A stretch of 60,000 nt of DNA, taken from Lytechinus pictus (taxonomy: Eukaryota). The first letter of the stretch is position 1. The number at the start of each line of letters is the position of its first letter. Below, in pieces: positions 47,411 through 60,000 of the stretch. The stretch spans positions 2,420,001 through 2,480,000 of the forward strand of contig NC_087245.1 in the NCBI RefSeq assembly GCF_037042905.1, read 5' to 3'. The translations under genes and the position numbers were made by a program. The notes under the pieces were generated by a model. The model was not told the DNA's origin, searched no databases, and saw only the letters and a list, made by a program, of their open reading frames with translations.

Positions 47411-50400
47411 GTCAAAATTTGTTATTGTAAATCTAAATAAAAGACAAAATACAATAGTATTCGACACCAGTTTTTCCAGACTCCTTGGATGTTTCACCAA
47501 AATTGCATACTGTGTTCATGTCATGCTTCAGTGAACCTCAATCTTAAAACCTTTTTCTTTTGTTTTGAAACCCTCACTGAATATCTTTTAAAGAAATATA
47601 TTTTATTGATTTTAGACTTTCTCATTTTCTCGACTGGAAAAAAAATCAAATAAGATACATGAGATGGGATTGTAGGGCAAGACAACAAACTCTTGCTTTA
47701 CCCATAATCAGTGGCGTAACAGGCGGGGGCAGGCTGCCGCTGCCCCTCCCCCCCCCCCCCCCCCCCCCGTCGGATTTCACTGGGAAAAGGAGAAAAGGGA
47801 GGGAGAAAGAAGGAGAAAAAGAGGAAAGGGAAAAAGTGAAAAGAACACTTAGAAAAAACTTAAAAAATGGAAAATGGAAGGAAGGAACGAAAGAAGAACA
47901 TGTGAGAAAGAAAAAAACCATTCCAAAATAGCCCTACTAGTACATTAGCATGATTAAGAAAGGGAAATTGATTAAAAGCTTGACAAAATTGCAAAAAAAA
48001 GTGGGAAATGAAGGTAGAATGGAATGAGCCAAAAGCTAAATTGGAAAACAAAGAAAAGGGACAAGAAAAAAGAAAAAAATAAGAACTTAACTGCTGAGGA
48101 TAACAAATAAAGAACGGGAAGAAAGATGGACTGCATACACAACTGTCACTTAATATAAGCTTGCTAAATTTTATGCAATAACTGTCGCAATCATTACTTT
48201 TGGCTAAACCTCCAAAGCTACTGGGTGCTTTGCCCCAGACCCCACTCAGTAGGGGCTTCATCTGTAACTTTCAAAGGACTCTATAATGCCCCCCCTGTAT
48301 GGACCCTTTTTATATCAAGCTTTATGTTCAATCACTGGTGTACGGGGGGGGGGGGGGGGGTCTTGGTTCCACACCCAAGGGGAAAATAAAAGAAAATATA
48401 GGAGGCAATGTAATGAAATGAATGGAAACATATTTGCTGAATATAATGGAAAAATCTGTCACATAATTTGAATTTCATTTCAAAAGGCCAAATTTTTTCA
48501 GGCTCGCTTGCTCGCTTTGTTGTGGCCCCTCCAAATGTTTGGTTAATTACGCAACTGCGATGAATTAATGTTGTGTAAAAGCTATATACTCTATGTACCC
48601 GCAATTTGATTAAAAATAGTAATCTGTAAGGTTTAAAATGGCTTTGATATCAAGAGGTCTCCGCCCCAGACCAATCCCGCATAGCACTGGCGTACAGATG
48701 GAATGGTTGGGCCATGGCCCCTAGAAGTTCTACAACCATGAACAAAAAAGAACAAAAAATTAAAGTTTAAAATATGATGTTGTTTACTGTGTCAAGAAAA
48801 GTGTCAAGAAATATCTCAAAGTTAGATTATCATGAAAAGGTGATTTTTTTTCTCGCTCGCTCGGGAGATATGTTAAGCAGGTTTTTCGCACACAATCCTG
48901 TTCACAGTGGTGTACAGTACCCAAAAAAAAGGAAAGGAAAGAGAGAAGGGTGAAATATGATATTTATTGAATATTATGTCAAAATCTATCACAAAATTGG
49001 ATTTTTGTAATAAAATTGTCAAAATTTTTGCTCGCTCGCAACTTTTTTGTAAAAGATAAAATCTGTCTGATGCGCCATATGTGGCCCCCTCAAAAATTTT
49101 GACTCACACACTGCCTGTTCATACCATGATATGAACAGGAAATTTTTTGCTCTTGCGTTTTTGAATTTTTTTTTTACAAAATCGTAATTTATTGAGAAAA
49201 ATCATCTCTATATGTCTCTATTTCATAAAATGTACACAAATATGGTTATTAGATCAATGTAATTTCAGATAACTTGTTTTTTTTTTATCATTTTTTTTAA
49301 AAACCAGGGTGAGATATACACATGTTTCAATGTGTTATTTTTTCATCTGCAAGAACAGTGGCATTTTAGCTTTCATGCAGCTTGAGCGCTGTGATGAGCG
49401 AGTGCGCCACGCATTTTATTATGAAATACACTTTTTTGGGGAAAAATGCAGTTTTTTTAATCACAGAATACAATTTTTCATTCCCAGAGGTTGGCAGGTC
49501 TGGCCCTACAGCGCCCGCACCCAGTGATCTCACCAAATGGGAAAGTTTGTGTTATTTGCATGTTCCACACTTGCGAGATTACCCAAAACTTAAAAAAAAA
49601 ACGCAGTGGAAATCCTCATAATTTTGACAAGTACCTACATGTACTACTATTTTCTTTCAGGTACCTTTTCCAGGGTAGATTAACATAAATTTCTTGATCA
49701 GAGATTACTTGGCATGCTCAGTTTTCAGGTCAGTCTGAACGCACCTCATATGATAAAAAAAAACAAATTTGCATCATCAAAGAAAAATAGCCTTTAGATC
49801 ATCATAGTACACAAGGACAGTATCCAGGTATATAATGTAGTATTTAATTAGCTCATCGGCAATCAACTTCAATATTACAAACGATGTGCACTGCTCTTTT
49901 TTTCCTGGATGATTGGGTTGCATTATGGTAATTTTGATAATGGAATTAGGAATTTGTTGGAAAATGATAATAAAGAATATTGTACGGTAGCATTAAGGTT
50001 GTATGCACAGTTCATTGCATGGTCTGTGAAATTCCTTTTTCATGCTGTACTGGAAATAACATGCCAATTATTATTAAGAGGAAATGACTCGGGTTTACTT
50101 TGTGAGGTACCCTTTTTCTATTGTAATTTTATTCTATATATCATTTAGTAGGTCCATCTCCATCAACCATATTTTAAAAATTACCCCGCTATTTCTCTTC
50201 TGGTAAAACACCTTTATCAGAAAAATCTCCAGCATTATTTGTGATGAAATGCATGTTGTCTGTAAATTTATGTTATAAAAAGGGAAAATTTCTTTATTTC
50301 TTAATCATATATTCATACTATTCATACAAAGTATGAACTAAAGTAATACAGAACTTTGTTTCATTAACATCAGATTTTTCTCTATTTGTATTCATATCAA

Positions 50401-52362
50401 CTGTTGTTAGGGTGGACTTATCCTGTTAATGCAAGTTCTTGTTTTTACAGGGACTTATTTTCATGTGTGCTTCCATGAATTTGTACAAACAATTGACTGA
50501 TCACTTGTGTGGAATGAATAGCAGAGGAAGGGGAAGGTTGGTTTGGTAATAGTATGATGATTATACACATTAAATGATGCTCCAGGCTGAAGATATTTAT
50601 ATTTCAATATAAAGTACAGTGAAATTCAAAGAGCAAAATGCTGAAAATTTGATCAAAATCGGATAACAAACAACAAAGTTATTGAATTTTAAAGATTTGT
50701 ATTATTGCAGTGAAACAGTTCCAGGCAGGTCTTCTTGAATATTCATTGTAGGTGGGCTGATCATGTCATATCCCCACTTGTTCTTTTGTGTTTTATTTAT
50801 ATATGAAATAAAGTTTATTCAAAATTTTTCTACCAAGAACTAAAAAAAAATGGATTGACAACTGAAAGTGCATTAGTTATGTATTTAATGAGTCGAGAAT
50901 CAGAATTAGATTTTGAAATCGAAGACGTTAAAGAAGATAAAGAGGAAGAAAGTCTAAGCTCAATTACTAGTAGCAGTGGAACAGACACTGACATCGATGA
51001 TGGCGAACTGGGAGAGTACAATTCAGAAGATGAGGTGAAGTGCGAAGCCCCTCGACTAGCTCAGCAGCAGCAAGTGATATATAAAAAAAATTGAAAATAA
51101 AGCTGTTGACATTTTTACCTGTACATCTGAATTTTGGATGGCTCATAATCCTTGACACGAAAATGTCCACTGCACAAAACGATGCTCTTTTAAAGCTTTG
51201 CATCCTTCAAAACTTTCTTATATTTATAAACTCTATTCATGCCTTCTGTAAGGTGGAAAACCTCTCTCCTTCACCTTCCATTTTGCCAGGCAGCTGATGG
51301 CTGAAAAACCTGTCATATGGCTTGCTTGCTGTTTGCTGCACCCCCCCAGCAACACATCGCCGACCGCCAGTTTTCTTTACTTTCACTGGCTTTGGTAAGA
51401 GGTTTGAGTCCGATGATGTCTGGTCATAGATCCATCACAATATTTTCCACAATCAAAAGCCCAAACAGGAGTTGACAGATTACGAGTTAAATAATATAAC
51501 TGGCATAAATTTTCAACTCCAAAGACACAAGATGAGAACGAGCAACAATGACGTGATGTTATTTCCAAAGCTAAGCTAGAGTACGGAGCTTGCAGCGTAC
51601 CTCTGCCCAAAGTCCAGGCAAAAATAAGATTTGATGTCCATATGAATAATAAACCTTTTCACTGCACTCGCCGCCTGAGCAAAATTTTTTTGTTTGTTTT
51701 TGTTTTAGTAACATTTCATTCTTTGTAAATGTTACATATTATTCATGAGATATTCAAATATTATGTAGATCACAGGGTATCATTTGTCAAAACATATTTA
51801 TCAACATAAATAAATTTAACATACCGTTCAGTTTCAGGTGATTATTGCGTCTGCTAGTGTTTTGCAGCACAGCTAGCTTTGTGCAGAACAGAAATTAACT
51901 CGGAAGAAGAGAGATCAAGAGAAAAAAAACGAAAGAGATATAAATGGCATGGAAAATTTATATGAATAGGTTTAGATTATAAATTCATATCTAGACATCT
52001 TTGATTTTTTTTTATATCTTAAACAATGCATTGATTGCTGGGGCTTATTACTCTTTAGGATCAGATACAAGTGCAGAACCATTTGAGCTTGGTTCTGCTC
52101 AGAATAATTGAGCATCATTTTGTTGATTGAAAAAGAAATATCATCAAGTCATTTTTTTTACTAGGTAGAAAAGACTTACTACCGGTACTTTTAATGATCA
52201 ATTCTTTTCAAAGGGAATTTACACAGCATTGATTGCTGTAAGGATTGCTCCTTTCTGTGTTTATTTGTTAATATGAATACAAAACAAAGCTAATGCAATT
52301 GGGTATCATTGCTTAGGTCGTGTACACTGCGTCGCGCCACGGCATGGGTACGGCCAGGTCGC

Positions 52363-53633
52363 CTTTCTATTATGTTTACATACTATACCTATCCACTTGG
52401 TAAAATAATCGAGAGTCTCAACCTAAAATACCATATCTATGCAGATGACACTCAAATTTATATTGAATTCGATCCAAAAATACCTGGTGACACTGTCATT
52501 GCATTGCATAAGCTTCAAGTATGTATTAGAAAATTACAATCATGGATGACTGTCAATAAACTGAAGTTAAATGAGGAAAAAACAGAGTTCTTTATAGCAG
52601 CTTCTACCCATAATATGAATTATCTTAATAATGTTTCCTTGGATGTTTGTGGTACACAAATAAAGCCATCCAATTCTGTTCGTAATCTTGGTGTCTATTT
52701 TGATAATAACATGATTATGTCAAATCATGTTTGCTCTCTTGCACGCTCCTTGAATTTTAATTTGTACAATATTGGACGCATACGTCGCTATATCGATAAA
52801 AATATGTGTAATCATGTAGTTAGATCACTTGTTCTCTCACGTCTTGACTACTGTAATTCACTCCTATACGGCATTACTGTTAAAGACATGAAAAAATTGC
52901 AGACCATTCAAAATAGATCAGCTAGACTTATTTTTAAGGTAAATCGTAGGGAACATACTTCACCATTATTACTGCAGTTGCATTGGCTTCCAGTTTCTGG
53001 ACGCATTGTTTTCAAGATTCTTACTCTTGTTTTTAAAGCACGTATGGGGGAAGCTCCTGGTTATCTATCAGACATAATCAGTAATTATATTCATTGGGCA
53101 ATACTAGATTCCTTAGATCACATGCTGACCAATACCTCCTTAAACACAGAAGAAGTTTTAGTTCATATGGTGATAAAGCATTTGCTAATTTCGTGCCTAA
53201 ATTATGGAATAAACTGCCTGTAACACTAAGATCTGCTGACAAGTTTAAAACTTTTAAATCTCTGCTTAAAACACATTTATTTGCTCATTGATTTTGTCTC
53301 TCCTTATATGATCTTTTTGGTGTAACTATTGGTTTAAAGATTTATGTTTAGTTCTCTCGTAAGTTAGTTTTTGTTAGGGTTTAGCTTAGGCCTGGTGTTT
53401 TTAGAGCCCTTGTGAGTTATGAACCTGCCGGGTTGCCTTCTGGGCAAGTTCCTTAAACTGCGGGTGAACAGGGCATAAAGATCAGGCATCAGTCCCCGTA
53501 GATAGATATTTTAAAGTGCTTTTTGATGTAATTTCCATTATTTGTATTATTAGTTATTCATTAATTGTAAAGCGCTTTGATCATATTTTTGGTAAAGCGC
53601 TATATAAGTACCTGTTATGTATGTATGTATGTA
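52363..53633 (+). mobile_element. 5'-truncated L2-clade LINE (RT C-terminal half, 3' UTR, tail)
   Basis: YHIYADDTQIY, NKLKLNEEKTE, VRNLGVYFD, LVLSRLDYCNSLL, LHWLPV; frameshift near 53090; ORF ends FKSLLKTHLF; tail AAAGCGCTTTG..AAAGCGCTATATAA then (TATG)n. Confidence 0.92.
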
Positions 53634-56555
53634 TTATACAAGAGCGTCAAATCAAGCAGTATTAATACACTGTCCCACGTTTTGTCTTAGTTATCGTCAG
53701 AATTGTTGGTTTTCAGCTTTCGATTTCATGATTCACAAAGATGAGTTGATTCTAATGTACCATATCTACATGTCAATCTATGATAATATGGTGGTAAATA
53801 ACCTTGGTTTAACGGTAAAAGACAGTAGTTGCTGCAATCAATTATTTCATGAGAAAGTCTTTTAAATCAAGGTTTATTGTCAAAATATTATCATACATCT
53901 AGATCAGGTACATTAAAGTATACTCATCTTTGTAAGATAATGGAATCTTAGCTCAAAATCGATAATTCTGATGATCACTAACACAGGAAAGCATATGTGG
54001 GACAGTGTGTAAATATTGCTTCGAAAAATACCCGGCATTTGATGGAATTCCATTCTTATTTTGCTCATTTCTCAGCAATTACACATTTTCCTCAAGAGCT
54101 ATTTGGCTTTTTTTTTTAATTTAAACATACAAACACTTTGGTGGTAATTTCATTGGATTCTGTTCAAACTCATTTTGAGATCGTTACCATGACTGGTATA
54201 CCTATAAAGGCTTTCTCATGAAATAATTATTTACTGCAATTACTTTCTTACACCCTTAAACTGCATATATTGCAGTTGGAATCCTGACCAATTTAAAACA
54301 ACTCCTTATTTTCCTTTTCAGTAAATAAAAGTTATCAATAATGAATGGGCTAAACTATAGGCAGTAATCTTTGATCATAGTTTTCTGATATGCAAACAAT
54401 AATTTATTAGAAGTTTGCAAATGGCCACTTTTTAAAGAAAAAAAATAACTACCCAGATTGGATAGTATGCATCCCCAAGTTTAGAACCGTCATTGTAACA
54501 AAGCATTAAGGGATGACATCATTAAAAATGGTTCACCTACACTGTATCAAAAAATAAAAACATTACTGAGAGAAGTATCCACAAATTCTAAATAAGAATT
54601 TTCACACTGAATGAAAGGATGAAAAATGGTTCACAGCAAGGCCTAAAAAGAATGTTGTTGCCTTTGTCTGACCAACAAGGTCATTATTTATTTATTTTAG
54701 AAGACCCAAAATAAACTTAAATGCAATATTTTTGTGAAAAAATTTGGGTGAAGAATTTAAACAGGGGTGAAGAATTTAGACAGGCATTAAGAAGTCATGA
54801 ATATGAATATCTGCAGACAAAAAATACGGCCCGAAAATTGGAAACATTTCATTTTGGTGGCAGGGGCGGCTAGTGCGGTTTATTATTGTTATTATTCCTA
54901 TTTAATCTTTACATGTAAATTGACAAATATTTAAAAGTATCAACTTATCTTTGCAATCAATGTTTTAATCAATAATCATTACCATGGTAACATACCTAAT
55001 ATGTATACCATAGGGCATTTATACAGTATATATGCATTTTCATCAACATTGAAAATAGACATGTGCTTTATAAAAATGATGAATACCTATCAAAATAACA
55101 GAAATTTTATCTACTTTCTATTAATACCAATTTCTAAGAGCTTGGTGTTTTTCAATCCTTTTATAATGTGTCACATGATGACTTGCTTCCATTTCCTGGA
55201 AGCATGCCTTGCAGGAGTTTCTTTTTGTAGGGCAGCAACAAAAGTTTTTAAAAAATTATTTAAAAAAAATCAAAATCGACTGACCAACCCAACTATACAT
55301 TATTTGAAACTCCAATATACATGATTCTCATTATTTAAACTTTATCAAAGGTTTAAGCCCTCTTTACACCAGATGAAGTTCCTGCTACGTTGTTTAAATT
55401 AAGGAGAAAACTAGGACGTGACACCAACTTTATTTGATTTATTGACAAATTGAAATTGTCATTTGCATGCTACATGTCAGTGCCATGATCTTGCAATGTT
55501 TATGTTGCGTGTGCGGTGTTTCTACTAAGCTTATTTTGTGCGCAGAAGTGGTCCATGCTGTGTCGACATGGAATTTGGACATGTTTTGCAACCAAAATAC
55601 AGCAGTACGTTTTTTTTTTTTTTTTTTTTTTAAACTAAATCGTAATTTATTGAGAAAAATAATCTCTATATGTCTCTATTTCATAAAACGTGCACAAATA
55701 TGGTTATTAGATCAATGTAATTTCAGGTAACTTTTTTTTTCTTCAATTTGTTCAAACCAGGGTGAAGATATACACATGTTTTAATTTTTTTTTTTCATCT
55801 GCAAGAGCAGTGCGCATTTTAGCTTGCATGCAGCTTGAGCGCCGCGATGAGCGAGTGCGCCAAGCATTTTATTATGAAATACACTTTTTTTGGGAAATAT
55901 ACAGTTTTTTTTATCACAGAATACAGTTTTTCATTCCCAGAGGTTGGCAGGTCTGATAATGATGTGTATGATCCTTGAGACATCATGATAACATACAATT
56001 TGAAAAATGTCTTGACGAGATGATATTTAAAGCTGTTTTTGTAATGTAGGCTTGAATCCATCATACAGGGACACCAGAACCTGACCTATTCAATCAGATT
56101 CCATGGATGTTTCATCTTATTCGGACTTCCGGTGTTCGATAAAGTAAGCAGTAAGCAGAACAATTTGTATTTTATTTCAGCTTCACAGTACAAAGATTTA
56201 ATTATTGAAATTGAGCATTTTATATAGATTCTTCATTTTCTTGTCCATACTCAATGTTTATTTGTAGGGCTGATATAATTTCCTGTTCTGAAAAGTGAGT
56301 TCACTGTTTCATATATGTGTTTTGGTGTAGAAGGAGTGAATGTCATCAATCAATTGTTGTGTCCAAACATATGCAAGTAATTCAAGCTTTGAATAATTTG
56401 GTCTGAAAAATTATTTTGATTTTGATATGGAAATCTGGTTTATGCAGACTTGAATGTTTTAGCATCAATGGTGTGATGACTTGTTGGTTTTTATGCCAGA
56501 ACGTTGTTAGTTCCAGCTCTCCTCCACTGATCCACAACAATTAAATCAACTATTA

Positions 56556-57020
56556 TGCTTTTCACACTGCATTTCCTTAACCCCATACTATCTTTTTTTC
56601 GATTCACACTGTCTTTCTTAACCCCGTACTATTTGCTTAGCCGGGGTTAACGCCTTAACCCCGGGCAATCACACAGCTCATAAATATTGATGATTTTACC
56701 ATATAGAGTGCGATTAACGTGCAATTTCGACCTCTGTTATTGGCTAATGCTTAGCCCCACTTTTGCTTAGTCCTGTTTCGTTTCACACTGCATCTCTTAG
56801 CACCGCAAATGTGGTGCTAGCACCACAATAAGCCGGCTAACCCTGCTTTTTTGCAGGGCCAGATAGTACCGTACTATTTACCGTGCTAGCCCACTTTGCT
56901 AAAACGTAGTGTGAAAACGAAGTGGGCCAAGCTTAACCCCGGGATATTGGTGGGGCTAAGACCCCCCTTAGCCCCTGCAATTTCCCGGGGTTAAGGACAA
57001 AAAGTGCAGTGTGAAAAGCA
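56556..57020. mobile_element. PIF/Harbinger-like MITE
   Basis: 16-bp TIR TGCTTTTCACACTGCA; TTA/TAA flanks; internal TTAACCCC/TTAGCCCC repeats. Confidence 0.8.
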
Positions 57021-57085
57021 TAAAAGAGTACTGAAAATAAACCTGTTCCCACTGCAAGTAGCCATTTATGTGTGCTTTCCATTAA

Positions 57086-57682
57086 AGGAGAATGAAACCC
57101 TTGAAACCAGCTGAATCCATATCAAAGAGAAAAATCAAAGAAAAATATTGTTGAAAGTTTGAGGAAGATTGAATGAATAATAAGAAAGTTATGAGCATTT
57201 GAATATCGAGATCACTAATGCCATGTAGATCCTCCCATTGGCAATGCAACCAAGATCTGTGATGTCACACACGTACAACTCCCTCATTACTTTAGTACTT
57301 ATTTCACTTATATTCTCACTTTTATAGAGTCTATCACAGGGGTCTATCACAATGTGAGGTGTTCTCTTTATGAGAGGACAAGTACAGAGGTTTCACAACA
57401 TTATATCATTGATGAATCGTTTGTCATATGATTAGAAGGAGCAAAAAGAGATGTTTTTGGGTATATTTTCAGTGTCCAAAAGGGGAGAGTTGTTCATCTG
57501 TGACATCATAGATCTTGGTCGCATTGCCAACGGGAGGATCTCCATAGCATTAGTGATCTCGACATTCAAATGCTCATAACTCTTCTATTGCTAGTCCTAT
57601 TTTACTCAAACTTTTGTTGATCTTATTCTTTGATTTTTCTGCTTTAACAAAAGCTAACTTGCTCCAAGAGTTTCATTCTCCT
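57086..57682. mobile_element. Kolobok-like TTAA MITE (second family)
   Basis: TTAA|AGGAGAATGAAAC ... GTTTCATTCTCCT|TTAA; long imperfect palindromic body. Confidence 0.85.
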
Positions 57683-58316
57683 TTAAGGAGTTTTAGAATG
57701 TAGTGAGCGAATACCAGTCGACTTGAATCGTGTATCAATGCCGTCTGCCCTTGTTTCCTACAAATATGAATAATTTAGATTTTACTTGACATGTACGCAA
57801 GTCCACATGAAACAGAGTGACAGTGAGCTGGTTATGACACGCTGTGCAACCCAGAAAATATGGCGTACCATCACGTCACAACCTGATCGGGTGTTGTGAA
57901 GACTGTGCAACTTGTGCACAGTTGCTCTTTTACATGTTCTTCCCTTTATCTTACTTGTGCTAGGAAATATAGTTATATACAATTTAGAGTTCTGAAAACA
58001 ATTTCAAATATGATAGAAAGTCACTGAAAACTGTGTTTTAAAAGGAAAAATTCCATTATTTCACTAAATATGATCTTCATGCTGAGCTTGAGTGGTTAAT
58101 ATGACGGTAAATTGCCAATTCGTCTACTGCCAACTCGTCCACTCACCACATGGTCTACTCTCATTTAGTCTAATGCCATTCCGTCCATCAACATTTCGTC
58201 TAACAACTATTTGGTCCATTAAACCATTTAGTCCAATCATCACTTTGTCTAATCACCATTTCGTCTATGACCATTTCGTCTCATAACCAGTTGGTCTATT
58301 AAAAACAGATATCCAC

Positions 58317-59805
58317 TTTATTGTATCCCCCGAACAGAGTTCAGAGGGATACTATGGATTTGGCCTCGTCGCGCCGAGTCCGCCGCCGCAGAGATTTTCT
58401 TGTGAGCGCTTATCAGCTGCATTTCTTCTCCGATCATCTTCAAATTTGGCATGAAGGTAGAGTATGGTATAGCGAAGCCGCCTATCGATTTTGGTGCGGG
58501 CGGAGACATCGTTGCCATGGTAACAAGAGTTTTGTGGAAATAGTGCGCTCACAAGGACATCTCTGCTATCAGCTGCATTTCTTCTCCAATCATCTTTGAA
58601 TGTGGCATGAAGGTCCATTATGGTAAAGCGAAGCCGCCTATTGATTTTGGTGTGGGCGGTGATGTCATTACCATGGTAACAAGAGTTTTTGTCTCGCCCA
58701 CCAGAGGTGAAGGCGAGACTTAGGGATCCAAATGCCGTCCGTCCGTCCGTCACAAACCTTATGACACATAACTCCACAACTGTAAGTCGCTTTTCAACCA
58801 AGACTCTTAGGACAAGTGTTATTCTGTCCCAGTCATTTCACAATGAAGTTTCTATACAATTCTGTTGCGTACCCTCGCAAATCACGATATTTCTGGTTAT
58901 TTTCATAAGTGGGCGAGACACAAATTGCTTTGTTGTGGAATAGCAGAGATGTCTTGTGAGCGCTCTACTAGGTGCATTTCTTCTCCGATCATCTTCAAAT
59001 GTGGCATGAAGGTCCATTATGGTAAAGCAAAGCCGTCTATTGATTTTAGTGTGGGCGGAGACATCGTTGCGATGGTAACAAGTTTTTGTGGAAATAGCAG
59101 AGATGTCTTGTGAGCGCTCTACCAGCTGCATTACTTCTCCGATCATCTCCAGATGTGGCATGAAGGTCCATTATGATAAATAAAAAGCTGCCTATTGATT
59201 TTGTTGTGGGCGGAGACATCGTTGCCATGGTAACAATAGTTTTTGTGGAAATAGCAGAGATTTCCTTGTGAGTGCTCTACTAGCTGCATTTCTTTTCCAA
59301 TTATCTTCAAATTTGTCATGAAGGTCCATTATGGTAGAGTAAAGCAAAGTCGCCTGATGATTTTGGAGTGGGTGGAGACATGGTTGCCATGGTAACCATA
59401 TTTTTGTGGAAAATTTGGTAAAACCTGTAACATCTGTTTTTTTTCCAGTTTGTCATAACAGTCAGCACACAGAAGCAATATTAGAAGGTGAAGCGAAGAT
59501 GCTTATCATTTTTGGTGGGGGGTCTTAGGGTTAGGTTTACATAATATATCCAGCTTACTCTATATTTGTATTCCCCAACAGGTGATACTGGACAATAATT
59601 TAGGTTCTGCAGAGTCACGCTGCTACCTCATATTGTCATCAAATTTGGTACCCACAGGTAAAGTGTGGGCAGGGTCATTGTCGCAATGATAATTGTATTT
59701 ATTTGTCATATTTCTGTGTGAGCTCTTATACCGCAATGACGGATGACACAGTGGGTTCAAGGGATACATGTGCTCGGCCGAGCGACCCGCCGAGCATCTC
59801 TAGTT
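58317..59805 (+). mobile_element. HINE-like element (third family) with ~156-bp core repeats, nested in the foldback element
   Basis: 5' hairpin GTATCCC..GGGATAC; CCG microsatellite; tandem cores; 3' subTIR AAGGGATACA; hairpin TGCTCGGC..GCCGAGCA; CTAGTT end. Confidence 0.8.
58686..58934 (+). mobile_element. Small HINE nested in a T-run of the 58317 element
   Basis: SubTIRs TGTCTCGCCCAC / GTGGGCGAGACA; 5' hairpin GTCTCGCC..GGCGAGAC; (GTCC)n microsatellite; interrupts the host repeat aagagtttt|gtggaa. Confidence 0.8.
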
Positions 59806-60000
59806 TTCACTCATTTTGCACAATGAACACTTAGTCCAGTTATACCAAGTGGTATATGGACTAAATGGCTATTGGACCAACTGGTTATTACATGTAGATG
59901 ATATGGTGAGTGGACGAATTGGCAATTAGACCATGTGGATAGTAGGCGAACTGATGGTAGACCAAATGAACGTGACGATTTGGTAATTGGACGAATTGGC

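Larger units (their letters stand above)
58105..60000. mobile_element. Foldback-type element with arms of 15-16 bp tandem repeats (TU-like); right end runs off the window
   Basis: Left arm units gccaattcgtctact, gccaactcgtccact, caccacatggtctact... (58114-58300). The right arm has the inverse units (agtggacgaattggc, attggacgaattggc) from ~59855 to the end. Confidence 0.75.

Noticed and set aside
58321..59228. Several overlapping 60-149 aa ORFs with internal repeats
   Set aside because: They derive from HINE tandem core repeats, and reading frames are not maintained between units.

Overview
This is AT-rich, repeat-dense eukaryotic DNA, most likely from a sea urchin (inferred from the repeat families, not verified). 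I recognise no intact host protein-coding gene, and almost all ORFs in the supplied track come from low-complexity or repeat sequence. The clearest structure is a very young non-coding LTR retroelement (2763-7854): near-identical ~0.99 kb LTRs, a GTACA target-site duplication, a perfect 18-nt tRNA-Gln primer-binding site and a polypurine tract, inserted inside a TTAA-flanked MITE. Other retroelements are a 5'-truncated, twice-frameshifted CR1/L2-group LINE (21880-25901), 3' fragments of two other LINEs, and three SINEs whose tails match LINE tails in this same window. DNA elements include many non-autonomous transposons (hAT-like, Harbinger-like, Kolobok-like, Academ-like), a 4.5-kb hAT-like element with nested MITEs, a ~1-kb inverted-repeat pair, several Helentron-associated (HINE/Tsp/DINE-like) elements and a 15-bp-repeat foldback element at the right edge. 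Host-gene traces are a decayed signal-peptide + EGF-exon pseudogene (15104-19233, +), a candidate TATA promoter with non-coding exons on the minus strand (~9.9 kb to 8.4 kb), and a CpG-rich to CpG-poor transition near 39 kb that may mark a methylated gene body. All family assignments come from termini, TSDs and motifs read by eye; no database search was run.
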